In this document: one piece after another, positions 1 to 12,914 of the stretch
How the letters are laid out: every line of letters starts with the position of its first letter
Position numbering within the stretch: position 1 is the stretch's first letter
Origin: Octopus sinensis
Lineage: Eukaryota
DNA length: 64,000 nt
NCBI RefSeq assembly: GCF_006345805.1
Contig: NC_042997.1
Location: forward strand, 83,948,001-84,012,000
Reading direction: 5' to 3'
The notes under the pieces: generated by a model
What the model saw: only the letters and a program-made list of their open reading frames with translations
What the model was told of the DNA's origin: nothing
Database searches by the model: none
Made by a program: the position numbers and the translations under genes

Positions 1-74
1 CTTTCAAACGTCAGGTGTAGTGTCCCTACACCTGGAGCATAATATGAAAATATAATGCATACACACACACACAA

Positions 75-225
75 CAAAATTGTTAGAAAATTAACTTTGC
101 AACCACAAGATCCCAGATTTGATCCCACAGCATGGCATTGTGGGCAGGTGCATTTATCATAACCTCAAGTCAACCTAAGCCTTGTGAATGAATTTGGATA
201 AATGGAAACTGTAATGATGCCCATT
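75..225 (+). mobile_element. Decayed SINE family B, 5' part
   Basis: Matches the head and body of intact family-B copies (gccttgtgaatgaatttgg...ggaaactg). Confidence 0.55.
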
Positions 226-448
226 GAATAGACCGTACCTATAATTTTGTTGTATCCTTCAGCAAGGAATCTAATTATGCTAACTCCAGTTTGTTTGACT
301 AAACAAAAGAACCAGTTCCACTCCTACTTCATCATTTAAAGGCTAGCAATAGGCAAGGCTCCCAACAAATAAATAGAATTAAATAAAATAAATGAAATAA
401 AATGAAATGAATAATGTTACTTTTGTGATATAGAAGATTGGCTGTAAG

Positions 449-452
449 ATAG

Positions 453-536
<84 letters not shown>

Positions 537-592
537 ATATTATTATATATATATTATTATATATACATACATATATATATATATATATTATA
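449..592. repeat. (TA)n microsatellite
   Basis: Long interrupted TA tract; explains the YIYI ORF 332..538. Confidence 0.95.
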
Positions 593-599
593 TAGCATT

Positions 600-1100
600 A
601 CAATGGAGATTGCAAAACCTTTTCATGGAAATAGTTAATGGTTTCTGTCACATAGGTGATCTGACAAGTACTGGATGTAGTTTTAACAGAAAATAGCTTA
701 GTTGATACCATAAGAGAAGGAGGCAAGAATCCTGAAAGTCAATGCCTCAGTTGGCAGTGAAAGGTTTGTCTGTGCATGAGAAAGTAGAATGCATGAAGTA
801 TATTTAAGAATTATGGCATTGCATATGATAATGAGACATGGGCAGTGAAATGTGGAAGATAAATGAGGTACACATGATATATTGGATGTTAAATGTTAAG
901 TTGCAAGAAAGGCAGAGCACATGTGAATGAAAACAAAAAAAATTGCTTCAAAGACATCAGCCTAGTGTACAAGGGAGATAACTGTGGTAGTGTGTGAGCA
1001 GATGAGAAGTGTTGGTTAAATGTTTTGTTGTGTTATGAAATAGGTTATTCATACTTGAGGAAGACCAAGAGGGCCCCTAGCAGTAAAACAGGGGTGATGG
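600..1100 (+). mobile_element. Decayed RTE-clade LINE, 3' coding relic
   Basis: Frameshifted traces of the RTE C-terminus (ETWAV-like, RWM-like, GRP-like segments). Confidence 0.55.
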
Positions 1101-1401
1101 TGATCAGACTACATGGTATTGGATCTCACACAAAACATGACAAAATATCAAGACAGATGGTAAAATTTCTGTGTAGTAAACCTGTGGAGCCAGTGCTAAC
1201 ACAGAAAAACAAATGTTAAAATATTGATCATGATCTTGTTTATACACACATACATATACATACACACATACATACATGATTAACCACATATCTTTGGACA
1301 TATGGTCTGCATCTTGCTCTCATTACTGAAGTAATAAAGAATAAATCAAATCTCAAGCACTAATAATAATAATATTTAAGTAAATATTAATAATAAATAT
1401 A

Positions 1402-1822
1402 CATGTAGGAATGGTTGTATGGTAAGAAACTTCCTTCCCAACCCCACGGTTCCAGGTTCAGTTTCACAGTACGATACCTTACGCAAGTATCATCTACCAT
1501 AGCCTCAGGCTAACCAATGCCTTGTGAGTGGTTTTGGTAGAGCGAAAATAAAAGAAGCCTATCATATATACACAGACATATACACATGTGTGTATCTATG
1601 TCTGTGCACCTTTGTGTCTGTGTTTGCCCCACAACACCACTTGACAACAGTAATTGGTGTTTATGTCCCCATAAATTAATGGGCTGGCAAAAGAGACCAA
1701 TAGAATAAGTACTAGGCTTAAAAACAATAAAATGTCCAGGGGTTGATTTGTTTGACTAAAACCCTTGAAGGTGGTGTCCCAGCATGGTCGCAGTCAAGTG
1801 ACTGAAACAAGTAAAAGATAAA
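1402..1822 (+). mobile_element. SINE family B (tRNA-derived), full length
   Basis: A/B-box-like head (ggttgtatggtaag...ggttcagttt), internal (CA/TG)n, tail cagtcaagtgactgaaacaagtaaaaga. Confidence 0.85.
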
Positions 1823-1962
1823 TGATGTAAGAAAGAAAAACATGTTTCCCCATGGAAAAAGTATAGAAGCATGTGCTCATAGCCATATGACAGATTTCGG
1901 TTGTTTAACAGAAGGAAAGCAATGACAATGCACAGATAATAATAATGATCACAGCACTTCAT

Positions 1963-2021
<59 letters not shown>

Positions 2022-2023
<2 letters not shown>

Positions 2024-2254
2024 TTCTGTATTGCCCACAGGAGGCTAAACATAGAAGGGACAAACAAGGGCAGACAAGGGGATTAAGTCAATTACATCGA
2101 CCCCAGTGTGTAACTGGTACTTATTTAATTGACCCCGAAAGGATAAAAGGCAAAGTTGACCTCAGTGGAATTTGAACTCAGAACATGACGGCAGACGAAA
2201 TACTGCTAAGCATTTTGCCTAGTATGTTAACGATTCTGCCAGCACACTGCCCTC
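2022..2254 (-). mobile_element. SINE family A, subfamily with ...ggggcaataaagaaata-type tail
   Basis: Shared core ggtacttatttaattgaccccgaaaggataaaaggcaaagttgacctc...gaatttgaactcag; same tail type as 44874-45111. Confidence 0.85.
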
Positions 2255-2291
2255 ATACACACACACACACACACATATATATATTTATAAA

Positions 2292-2511
2292 CCCTTTAGC
2301 ATTCAGATTACTCTGTCAAATGCAATGCTTAGTTATTCACATTGTTTGGAATTAATCATATATTATGTCATGGCTTCAAGATTTTGATGATATGATGGTT
2401 TACTTTCAGAATGATATTGTAGGGTGGGTGTAAGAGGTTGGACCTGGTCAATTTGAATATAAAACAGGTAGAATATTTGGGCTGGATATGGCCTGTTTAA
2501 ATGTTAAAAGG
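2292..2511. mobile_element. TTAA-type (piggyBac-like) MITE
   Basis: Ends ccctttagcatt / aatgttaaaagg followed by ttaa; related copies at 22603, 33551 and 55707. Confidence 0.7.
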
Positions 2512-3027
2512 TTAAGAAGTGGGTGTTTTGTCTCAGGATGTTTTTGAACAGTTGATAGCATGTGTGCTTAAAATGTATCTGATTTGTTGATTTATGGTGC
2601 ATGCTGATTGATATGTCTTTAGTTTAATGAAATCAGATGTGGTCATGACACTCCTAGCATACATTGGTAAACACACACACACACACACATTTGCAATACA
2701 AGTGTCAACAATTAAAATAGAAATATAATTAGAAATAGGCAGAAAGAAGTTCTCTGGACAAAGCAGCTGTTCTCATTTGCCATGTGGAAGTGAAGAGTTA
2801 GGAAGAGTAAGAGGATGTTGGGGAATTTCACAGATGCCTATGGTGTCAGAATTAGTGATGGGAGAGGTGATAAAATAACCTAATCTTCCAAATCACAAGG
2901 ATCCATACGGCCAGTACTCAACCTCACAACTTTTCAACTGCTGTACCATTATACAGATAAGATATAAATCTTGATTCAGATGGAAGGCTGCTCTGCCTTA
3001 TGTAGCTTTATTATTATCATCATTATT

Positions 3028-3224
3028 AAGGTGGCGAGCTGGCATTTCATTAGCTCACTGGGTATTATGTCCATCTTTGCATTCTGAGTTCAAATTCTGC
3101 TGAGGTCGGCTTTGCCTTTCATCCTTTCAGGGTTGATGAAATAAGTACCAGTTGAGCACTGGGGTCAAAGTAATCAACTTACCTCTCTCCCAAAATTTGC
3201 TGGCCTTGTGCCAAAACCTGAAAC

Positions 3225-3225
<1 letters not shown>
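3028..3225 (+). mobile_element. SINE family A
   Basis: Head aaggtggcgagctggc, B-box gagttcaaattct, (TTA)n tail. Confidence 0.85.
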
Positions 3226-3259
<34 letters not shown>

Positions 3260-3399
3260 CTATTTGTCCTGAGAAGAATTTAACTCAGAACTGCAGATCA
3301 GCAAATCTCTAAGTTTTACAATATAGCTACTAATTATTGCAGTAAATTACCCTGTACCTTGTAGTACCTATATAATTTTCCTTCAATGTCTGCGTACAC

Positions 3400-5880
3400 C
3401 TATCTCTAAGCATTTTGTCCAATGATATAGTGTGTAACATCATTGACATGATATACAATGAAAAAACCCAACCCCTTGGCTATGTTGATTGTATGGTGCC
3501 TGATCAACTTTGTCATCCTCAACTTTGCAATGGAGAAAAACATAAAGAAGAAAATGATAATGCCCTCTCATACCATTTGAAAGTACTATGTTTTATAACT
3601 GTTAGTGTTGTAAATTTTAGTTAGATATGGAAGTATGAAACAGTTACATGCATTTCATGTGAAAAAAAAATCTGTTTGAAGTCTATATTTGAAAATAGGG
3701 GTTGTGTACAGTCAACTGATGTGGCTATAGTATACTGCTGATATTAATTTTATCACTCCAGAAAAATGCAAGTATAATTGAAAATGAACTCAGAAATGCA
3801 AGGTTGTAGATTTGAAATATTTTTGAAATATTTTTTATGAATCAGGTGAAGAAAGGCATTACATATGACTTTTTTTTTTTTGCAAGGCTTCCAAGACTGG
3901 TAGGTGAAAGAAAGGAAGAAGTATTCTGACAAGAAAGAATAATTTATCCTTTGAATGTCCATTTTCTGATCATTGGCTGAGGTGACAGTAGATGTCAAGT
4001 TAGTGAAACAGTATTGAGTCCTTGACCAATTACATGAAATGGTTCTATGTAATACTTTGACAGCACTTCATAGATACAACACAATATTTTATGATAATAC
4101 CAACAATGATTCTCTCTCCTATCTTTTGGTTGTTCTTATTTTATTATATCTGTTTTTAGATCGATTCACCACTTCACTTCAAAGTTGGTCATTGAATGAT
4201 ATCAAGTTGGTGGAAAACTACCCAGCAGTAAGCATCAATAACGCCCTGCAGCTGATGATTATAGCAAGCTCTGGACAGATTGAAATAGTCATCTGATCAC
4301 CAGAAACAAATAAAAATAAATATGTAAAATTAAAAAAAAACAGGCTACATTTAGCTAGATATTAACAAAATGATTATTACACAAAAATATTGAATTACAA
4401 TATGCAACAAAGCATTAAATGAGAGATGGAACCATAACGAGTATCACTTCCTGTGACAAATCTTCTCAAACATCTCAGTCGCTGGTTGTTTAAACAATAA
4501 CTCATGTTTTTCAACATTTCTAAGCTGGTGACTAAATTCTGTTGCCTGAACAGTAAGCTACAGCTGTCTTAGTTGCTGACATGGTAAATTTATATGACAC
4601 TTCATCATCAGATAGGGAATCCTATTTGTAAACAATGTTGTGTGTTGTTGAAGCAGGACAGACAATTTATACAACATATCTGTGGGCAATGGGAGATTAA
4701 TAATTACTTAAAAACATGTTTTGAGAAAGATAGGTGTGATGTGTAAATGAGTGGAAGTAAAGAATCTGGCAGGTTGAATTCCCTACCAAAATAAAAGCGT
4801 ATTTCATAAAATGGTATGTTAATCAATGTAGCAGAAGTTAGTTATCATCTTAAAGAATACGTGCAATCTTAATGGCAGCAAGTGAAAAATCACTGATGGG
4901 TGAGTATCAGATGAAGCTTGTGACATTATCCATGTAGAAAGAAATTAAATGTGAAAGAAAATTTTCACTGGCAGCAGAATTGTGACAAGTGGCAGTCCTA
5001 TTAATCTAGCCTTTATCCTTTCATTTTCCATTATCTGCAGAGCTGTGGTGTCAGATTACTTTATTCTGTACTCAAATTTAGCAGAAAATTATAATCTAGT
5101 TTTGCAATGAGCAAACAGTTATATTATTGAAGAAGTAGAAATATATGGAAATTGAAGCATTCACATTAAATTCAGAGCTAGATGCCCATGGGAACTGGTG
5201 TATGCAGATGGCTAGCTGGCGCTCACTAGAAAATTGAGAGAGAAACACTGAAATATGACATCGAGCCAAGAATTAAAAAGAATTAAGGATATAAGAAGGT
5301 AAGCTCTTAATCAGTAGTTATGGCTTTGGTAATTTCTTAGAAACAGAAAGATAACTTTGTTCTGCATTCAGGAAAAAGAGTAGGTATGGGTTTAATGGGG
5401 TGTGAAACATGCATTATATAACCAATGGATGCTGCACAAAGATATATAATGGTGTGGTTGACATGCCAACAAACAACTTTGGTTTTATATGTATCAATAC
5501 TTTATAGATGGCAAACCATGACACATTGTAGTCTATTACTAAAAGAACCTAATAATCAGTGGTTGAGAGCGGAATTGAGCAAAGTCACCTCTTTCAATAA
5601 TCAGTGCTGTGTAATGGCAACTGATTCTGCAGCTGTATAACAACAAAAGGGCTATTCACTGCCTGAAGAACCTAATGACGTGGTGAATACATTAGGGGTG
5701 TTGAACTGCATTATAAAGAGCAATGGTAAATGAAAGCAGAGGATCTTATGCAATGCATACTAAATACTCGTTGATGTAGTTTATTATATAACTTGAGCCT
5801 GGTGAATGGAATGGCTGTAAGAGAATATGAAAGAATCAGAATAAGAAAGAGCTGTAAGGATACAGAAAGTTCAGGTAATG
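3400..5880 (+). mobile_element. Very old RTE LINE fossil (RT clear; endonuclease part tentative)
   Basis: RARCPWELVYADG at about 5175-5213 matches the RTE motif CPWELLYADDL. RT3-4-like relic at 4850-5060. HPQ..E..KE at about 3510 may be the endonuclease YAPQ..EEK motif. Many stops and frameshifts. Confidence 0.45.
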
Positions 5881-5967
5881 TAGCTTCCTGAAGTGAAAAA
5901 TATAATAATGGTGATGATGATGATGAAATAACAACAACAACAAAAACAATAATAATAATATACAATA

Positions 5968-6352
5968 GATGCTGGGATCACTGTCTGGTTAAGACGCTTG
6001 CTTCTCAACTATATGATTGAGTTCAGTCCACTTGCACAGCACTTTGGGCAAGTGTTTTATACTACAACCCCAGGCCAACTAAAGCTTTGTATGTAGATTT
6101 GGTTGACAGAAACTGAATAAAGCACATTGTGTGCATGCGCATGCATGGTGTGTGTGTGTTTGTCCTCCCTGCCCCTGCATGGCAACTAATGTTGGCTCGT
6201 TTATGTCCCTATAACTTAGCAATTCAGCAAAACATACTGATAGGACAAGTAGCAGGTTTTGAAAGCAAAGTACTGAGATTGTTTTTGTTTGACTAAGCCC
6301 TTCAACATGGTACCCCAGCAGGCTGCAATCCAATGGCACAAACAAGCAAATA
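5968..6352 (+). mobile_element. SINE family B
   Basis: Recognisable head, body and tail as in 1402-1822. Confidence 0.8.
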
Positions 6353-6600
6353 ATAATTATTATCTTTCGGGGAGCCTTTTGAACAGGATGGGCTACTTGA
6401 CCTGAAGAAAATTCTAACTGGGCCCCACCTGCAAGGTTATGCACTGTTTATCTTGATATGAGATCACCATCTTGTGCACATATGGTTGTCATGCACGTGC
6501 CTGGTGTACTCTTATCAGACGATTAGTCATGATGGGTGTTCTGGGCTTTGAATATTTTACCCCAGTGTCACTTTGATGGCATGCACAGCTCTCTCACTCA
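6353..6600 (-). mobile_element. Interspersed repeat family E (SINE-like), partial
   Basis: Homologous to 12915-13428 (cagtgtcactttgatggcatgcacagctctctcactca). Confidence 0.7.
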
Positions 6601-6654
6601 ATAATGATAATAATAATTTCTTTATTTTTAATAATAATGATTTTAATAATAATA

Positions 6655-6955
6655 GCCTGTTATTTGATATGACAGCACCTACTAATAGGAACATCTCAGA
6701 CAAGGAATTTGAAAAACTATCCCAATACAATGACCTTGAGATTGAGATATCTAGGACATGGCAATTAAAAACCCAAACCATCCCTGTTGTTTTGGGTGCC
6801 CTGGGAATGACAAAGAAAGGTACCAACAAATTTTTTGATCAAGATTTCAGGGAAACTGACAGTCTACAAGGCTCAAAAATTTTTACTGATGTCACCCATC
6901 CACCTTCTTGGGAAGTTTGTTTTCCACCTAATATATATCTGCCTTAGGTCTCTGG
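6655..6955 (+). mobile_element. R4/Dong-clade LINE 3' fragment (restriction-like endonuclease domain)
   Basis: DMTAPTNRNISDKEFEKLSQYNDLEIEISRTWQLKTQTIPVVLGALG matches the RLE motif D..P..KE.EK..KY..L; flanked by (AAT)n. Confidence 0.75.
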
Positions 6956-7029
6956 TTGAGATGAAATAAAATGCAAATCAATTGGAAAGTAATGAGTTAA
7001 CAACAACAACAATAATAATAATAATAATA

Positions 7030-7255
7030 ATTTCAAATTTTGGCACAAGTCCAGCAGTTGCAGGAGGAGGGGTAAAGTCAATAAAATTGACTCCAGTGTA
7101 CAGCTGGTACTTATTTTATCAACATTGAAAGGATGAAAGGCCAAGTCAACCATAGTGGAATTTGAACTCAGAACGTAAAGATGGACAAAATACTGCTAAG
7201 CATTTTGCCCAGTGTGCTAAATATTCTGCCAGCTTGCCACCTTATAGTAATAATG

Positions 7256-7293
<38 letters not shown>

Positions 7294-7533
7294 CCACTCT
7301 ACTATAGGCACAAGACTTGAAATTTTGGGGGAGGGGACTAGTCAATTACATCAACACCAGTGCTTAATTGGTACTTATTTTTATCAACCCCGAAAGGATG
7401 AAAGACAAAGTCAACCTCAGCAGAATTTGTACCCTGAACATGAAGACCTCTAAGCATTTTGCCCAGCATGCTAACAATTCTGCCAGCTTGCTGCCTAATA
7501 ATATAATAATAATAATAATAATAATAGATAATG

Positions 7534-7585
<52 letters not shown>

Positions 7586-7800
7586 TTTCAAACTTTGGAA
7601 CAAGGCCAGCAAATTCATCACAGGGATAAATCAATTACATTGACTCTGGCGTTCAACTGGTACTTATCGATTTTATTGACCTCAGGAGGATGAAAAGTAA
7701 AGTCGAACTTGGTGGAATTTGAACTCAAAATGTAAAGACAGATGAAATGCCACTTAGCATTTTGCCTGACATGCTAACAATTCTGCCAGCTCATTGCCTT
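7030..7800 (-). mobile_element. Three tandem SINE family A copies (about 7030-7242, 7300-7497, 7586-7800) separated by (AAT)n
   Basis: Three complete family-A cores in the same orientation with (AAT)n spacers. Confidence 0.85.
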
Positions 7801-7804
7801 ATCA

Positions 7805-8181
7805 TCAAAATAATATTAATAAATCAATACCAGCAGATGACAATGTTTCTCTAAAAGAGATGGAGAAACTTTCAAAATACAAAGACCTGGAAATAGAGGT
7901 AACTTGAATGTGGAATCTAAAAACAGAAACAATTCCTATCATAGTAGGGGCATTAGATATGAAAAAAAAAAATTCAGACAAATACATAACAAAAACACTA
8001 GGACTTACAAATATATATAACATACAGAAAATTGCACTACTGGGCACTGCACACATCCTACGTAAAATACTTTCGACACAGTAACCATAAGAGCATCACA
8101 ACAAACCACAGCACATACCCAAGGCACACAGAGCTGCGCTCGATAGTGAAATGAAAGCACGGTATAAAAATAAAACTACTG
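7805..8181 (+). mobile_element. R4/Dong-clade LINE 3' end with UTR
   Basis: PADDNVSLKEMEKLSKYKDLEIEVT*MWNLKTETIPIIVGALD...QKIALLGTAHILRK; ends in (AAT)n. Confidence 0.8.
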
Positions 8182-10414
8182 AATAATAACAATAATAATA
8201 ATAATAATAATAAATAATAACAATAATAATAATAATAAGCAAACGAAATAGAATGGTATAGAATAAAGTATAACGAAATAAGGTGGGCTTAAAGAAAAAA
8301 ACAATGAGTCTGATGCAATAAGGCACTTAATAGTTCATTTGCAAGATGATAAAAAAATGTCATACTCTAGAATAATTGATGTAAATAGCAATTAATAATA
8401 TCAATGACAATAATGATTACTATTATGATGATGATAATGATATTGTAATTTTATTAATTAAATTTCTGAATTAATGAACATTTCAACAGTTGAATTAATC
8501 TCTTAATTCAAGAGATGCCAAGGAAAAAAAATAGAATGAGTCAGAAAATCTTTTTAACAAAGAATGGTTAAGTGATTATTGTTAAGCAATCACAATTATT
8601 CAAAGAATTGCTCTCCCTGAGTGTCATCATGGGCAAGTGGTTTCCACAATAGCCTCAATCTTAATACTTTGTAGGTAAAACTGATAAGTGTAGCTGTATG
8701 GTAAAAAGTTTGCTTCTCAACCACATGGTTTTGTGTTCAATCCTCCAATGTAGCACCTTGGACAAGTGTTTTCTGCTATAGCCTTGGGCAGACCAGAGCC
8801 TTGTGAAGGGATCTGGTAGACAGAAACTGAAAGAAGCCAGTTATGAATGTGAGTGTATGTGTGTTGTAACGAAAGAACACAAATGGGTTGAGGTTCACTA
8901 CAGCTGTTTCAAATATATTTTTTTATTGATAAATAAACTGATTATATCAGGAAAAAGAAACACCATTTCCTCAGGTGAATTAAGAACTTAAAATTTAAGA
9001 TTTGGTTTAGAAAATACCAAGATGTAGAATGTGTGTTGAGCTCTTCATTTTGGCAACAGGTGAGAGAATATATGTCTATATAGGCATTGATACATTCATG
9101 AGCGTCTGTATACAATATATGCTCAACTATGTTAATCTTGACCATAAATTGGTGTCCTTGTCTTTAAAATAACTTGATTCAATTGAATCACATGATCAAC
9201 TAATATTTGTTTGTTTGTTTGTGTGCATGCATGCATATATGTATGTGTCTCTTTGTTTTGATTTTGCTTGATAAATGTAAATGGGTGTCACCATTATGCA
9301 AGTGGTGTCCTACATTACCAATCATTCATGAAAACGTCTGGTCATGGAGAAATATTACCTTAATTGGAAACTGGCAAGTGTTAGTGATGAGAAGGACATC
9401 GAGCCACAGGAAATTTACTCCAACAAATTTCATCCATCCCATGGAGGTATGGAAAAGTGGATGTTAAAATGATGAGTAGGATGACATACATCCATCCATC
9501 AATCCATACATACATAGGTGCATTAGGTTATGTACTAGCAAATTAGCACAAAAACCTTGAAATACTCAGTTTCAAGGAGAAAGAGCAAAAAAAACAAAAA
9601 AAACTGATGCGGATTTCCCCAAATTTATTAAAGATTTGTAGCAAAATCTGTGCTGGCTATAAGTTCTATAGAATACCTGCTGAAATAATCTCTCCAAATT
9701 CAATTTATTAATGGTACAGTGAAGATTTGTAAGATAATTCCAAAAATTCAACATGTGAGATTCTTATGTGAATAGATGCACACATTTGGGTGTATGTGTC
9801 AACAGTTCAACCAACACACCAAATCTACCACATATTTACAAACACTGGGAACTCTGTTAACAAAAAAAAGTCTTGTCACTTTGTTAGCAACTGTCTTGAA
9901 CTCTCCCAAGAAGAACTTAAATTAAACTCAAAGAAAAATAATACATACATATATACATATAATGATATAATCAGCAGAAAAGTTACAAAACTAACTCAAA
10001 AGCTGAGAGTTTCATATATGGCACTTAGATTATGGAGTTTTATTTCTCCTGTTTATTCCATAAAACATGTATGAGTGTGCATGTGTGTGGATGTGTGTGT
10101 GTGTGCATGTATGTGTGAGTACTAGATTCTTCATCCATGTCTTAACATTTTTTTGCATTTAAAAGAGGTGTGAAACAATTAGATTGTTTAGGTAGTGTTT
10201 ACATCTGCAATGTCTACATCTGCTCAATGAGATGCCATCCCTCATAGGGTTACTCATTTACTGCTGAGTGGACAGGAGCAATATGAAACAAAGTGTTTTG
10301 CTCAAGAACACAATGCACTGCCCAGTCGAAAAACCAAAAACATGATCTGGTAATTGTGAGTGCAACACCCTAACAACCAACCTTTGTAGATACCACTGAA
10401 TGTAATATTTGAGT

Positions 10415-10560
10415 GGTACTTTATTTTATCAACCCAAGGGGGATGAAAAACAAAGCTGACCTTAGTGGGATTTGAACTTAGAATGTAAAGAGCCAGAACA
10501 AATACTGCAAAGTATTTTTCCAATGCTCTAATGATTTTGCCAGCTTCACTACCTTTAGCA
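10415..10560 (-). mobile_element. SINE family A, partial
   Basis: Family-A core sequence. Confidence 0.7.
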
Positions 10561-10561
10561 C

Positions 10562-10800
10562 CCATGCTGGCACCACTTAAAAAGCACCTCTGCTAGTGCC
10601 CCATGAAAGGAACCCATGCTAGCACTACATAATGGGTGCTGAGTACACTTTAGTATGTGGTTGGGGTTAGGAAGAGCATCCAGCCATAGCAACTATTCCA
10701 AAACAGACAACTAGAGCCTGGTGCCACCCTCTGGCTTTCCAGCTTCTGTCAAATTATCCAACCTATGCCAGCATGGAAAACAGACATTAAATGATGATGA
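10562..10800 (+). mobile_element. RTE 3'-UTR-type truncated repeat
   Basis: Ends atgccagcatggaaaacagacattaaatgatgatga, the same tail that is contiguous with RTE coding relics at 24485-25870. Confidence 0.7.
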
Positions 10801-10939
10801 TTGTAGCAAGTTTTGGAACAAGGCCATCATCATCATTACTATTAACCATTTCTGTTTTTGGCACAAGGCCTGAAATTTGGTGGGAGGGTGCAAGTTGATT
10901 ACATGGACCCCAGTGTGTAACTGGTACTTATTTCATCAA

Positions 10940-10976
<37 letters not shown>

Positions 10977-11240
10977 TAATAATAACAATAATAATAATAA
11001 TAATAATAATAACCAGATGTGATAGCAGAGCTGCATACTCAGTGCATTTATTGCAGTATTTAGGATTATTTCTTTTAAATTTGAGTTAAATTGCAAAGGA
11101 ATTTTTCAGGACACTGGGTTTGACAAAATAATTACCAGTTATTTATATATATATCAGCTTTTAATTTCAATTGTTTCTACCTTTACTCCTATTTTAAAAA
11201 AATCATGTCTAGTGTGCTAGAGTGCCTAGTAAACAAAATA

Positions 11241-11337
<97 letters not shown>

Positions 11338-11395
11338 TAATAATAATAACAATAATAATAATAACAATAATAATAATAACAATAATAATAATAAC

Positions 11396-11437
<42 letters not shown>

Positions 11438-11563
11438 GATATTAATAATAATAATAACAATAATAACAATAATAATAATAATAACAATAATAATAATAAT
11501 AATAATAATAACAATAATAATAATAATAACAATAATAATAATAACGATAATAACAATAATAAC

Positions 11564-11596
<33 letters not shown>

Positions 11597-11597
11597 C
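11241..11597. repeat. Compound (GAT)n/(AAT)n microsatellite, about 360 bp
   Basis: Directly visible; source of the poly-D/N, poly-M/I, poly-L/S and poly-I ORFs. Confidence 0.97.
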
Positions 11598-12631
11598 ACA
11601 CACCCCCCCATCTCCTTCCATTATGGGGTGAGAAATTTTGAAACACTTAACATTTATTCCCTAATTACAATGATTGCTGTGGGCTGCACGAATGCTGCAC
11701 TATGACCTTTCAGATAATTTAGACATTTACATCTTATCACAAGTGACATTCACTCCATTGGTGTTGTTGTTATTGCTGATGTTGATTCTAGGGAATCTCT
11801 CTTCTCCCAGAAATTTAGTCACTTTTTGTAGTTGTTGTTGTTATACTTGTTTCAATTCCTGATCTCCTCATTATATTGACATCCATTTTTTTCTCCTCCT
11901 ATATTAATGTCAGGCTAATTCTAGTTGTGATCTTTATAAGGGTATCTTAACTCCTGCTTAAGAATAAGCCAAGGTGAATTGGCATTAATGAGAGATACTT
12001 ATTCTGGTATGAATGGGTCACTATAAATTAAGTGTCTGCCCTATGTTTCTGACCTCATTTAAAAAATGATGTTTTTTTTTTTAATATCAGTATTAAGAAT
12101 GCCAGGAAATGGGTATACCTGCATATCTTATTAATTATTCTCTCCTACTGAAGTAAAACGAAAGTGCACATTACCTCCACCCACACAATCATGCAGCGAT
12201 TTTTAAAAGACAAAGACAATGATGACGGCGGCGGCAGCCACCGCCACCACCACCATTTCTTACATTCATAAGAAATTATGAATGTAGGGAACAGGTTATT
12301 ATACTGATCTTCAGTATTTGATTGGTATTATAATTATCAATCATAGAAGACTAATCTACGATTTTAGAAGGATGAATAGCTAAGTTGAAATTGGCAGGTT
12401 TTGAATTCACACTGTAAAAGAGCTAATAATAAATACTGCATGATATTTTGTCTAATGCTCTAACAGTATCAACAACAACAACAATCATAATCATGGTAAT
12501 AATAATCCTTCCTACTATAGGTACAAGGCCCGAAATATGATAGGAGATGGGGGTTAATTGATTACATCAACTGCAAAAGGAGGAAAGGCAAAGTTGACCT
12601 CAGTGGAATTTGAATTCAGAATGTAAAGCTG

Positions 12632-12672
<41 letters not shown>

Positions 12673-12689
12673 TAATAATAATAATAATC

Positions 12690-12901
12690 CCTTCGACTAT
12701 AGGCACAAGGCCTGAAATTTGGGTGAGGAGATAAGTCAATTACACCAGCCCCAGTGTTTCACTAGTACTTAATTTATCAACCTTGAAAGAATTAAAGGCA
12801 AAGTCAACCTTGGCAGAATTCGAACTCAGAACATAAAGACGGACGAAATGCCGCTAAGTATTTTACCCGCTGTGCTAGTGATTCTGCCAGGTTGCCACCT
12901 T
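12690..12901 (-). mobile_element. SINE family A (well preserved, CpG-rich)
   Basis: Full core retaining CpGs (gacggacgaaatgccgc); (AAT)n on both sides. Confidence 0.85.
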
Positions 12902-12914
12902 AATAATAATAATA

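Noticed and set aside
4160-4227. Strong-looking exon (tttttag|68 nt|gtaagc) and a chain of neighbours at 3411-4553
   Set aside because: The chain needs several weak AAG acceptors, the peptide is unrecognised, and the region lies within a probable RTE fossil.
11189-11705. Long ORFs (118-166 aa) of poly-N/D, poly-I/M and poly-L/S
   Set aside because: Translations of a triplet microsatellite that lacks stops in several frames; no splice or codon evidence.
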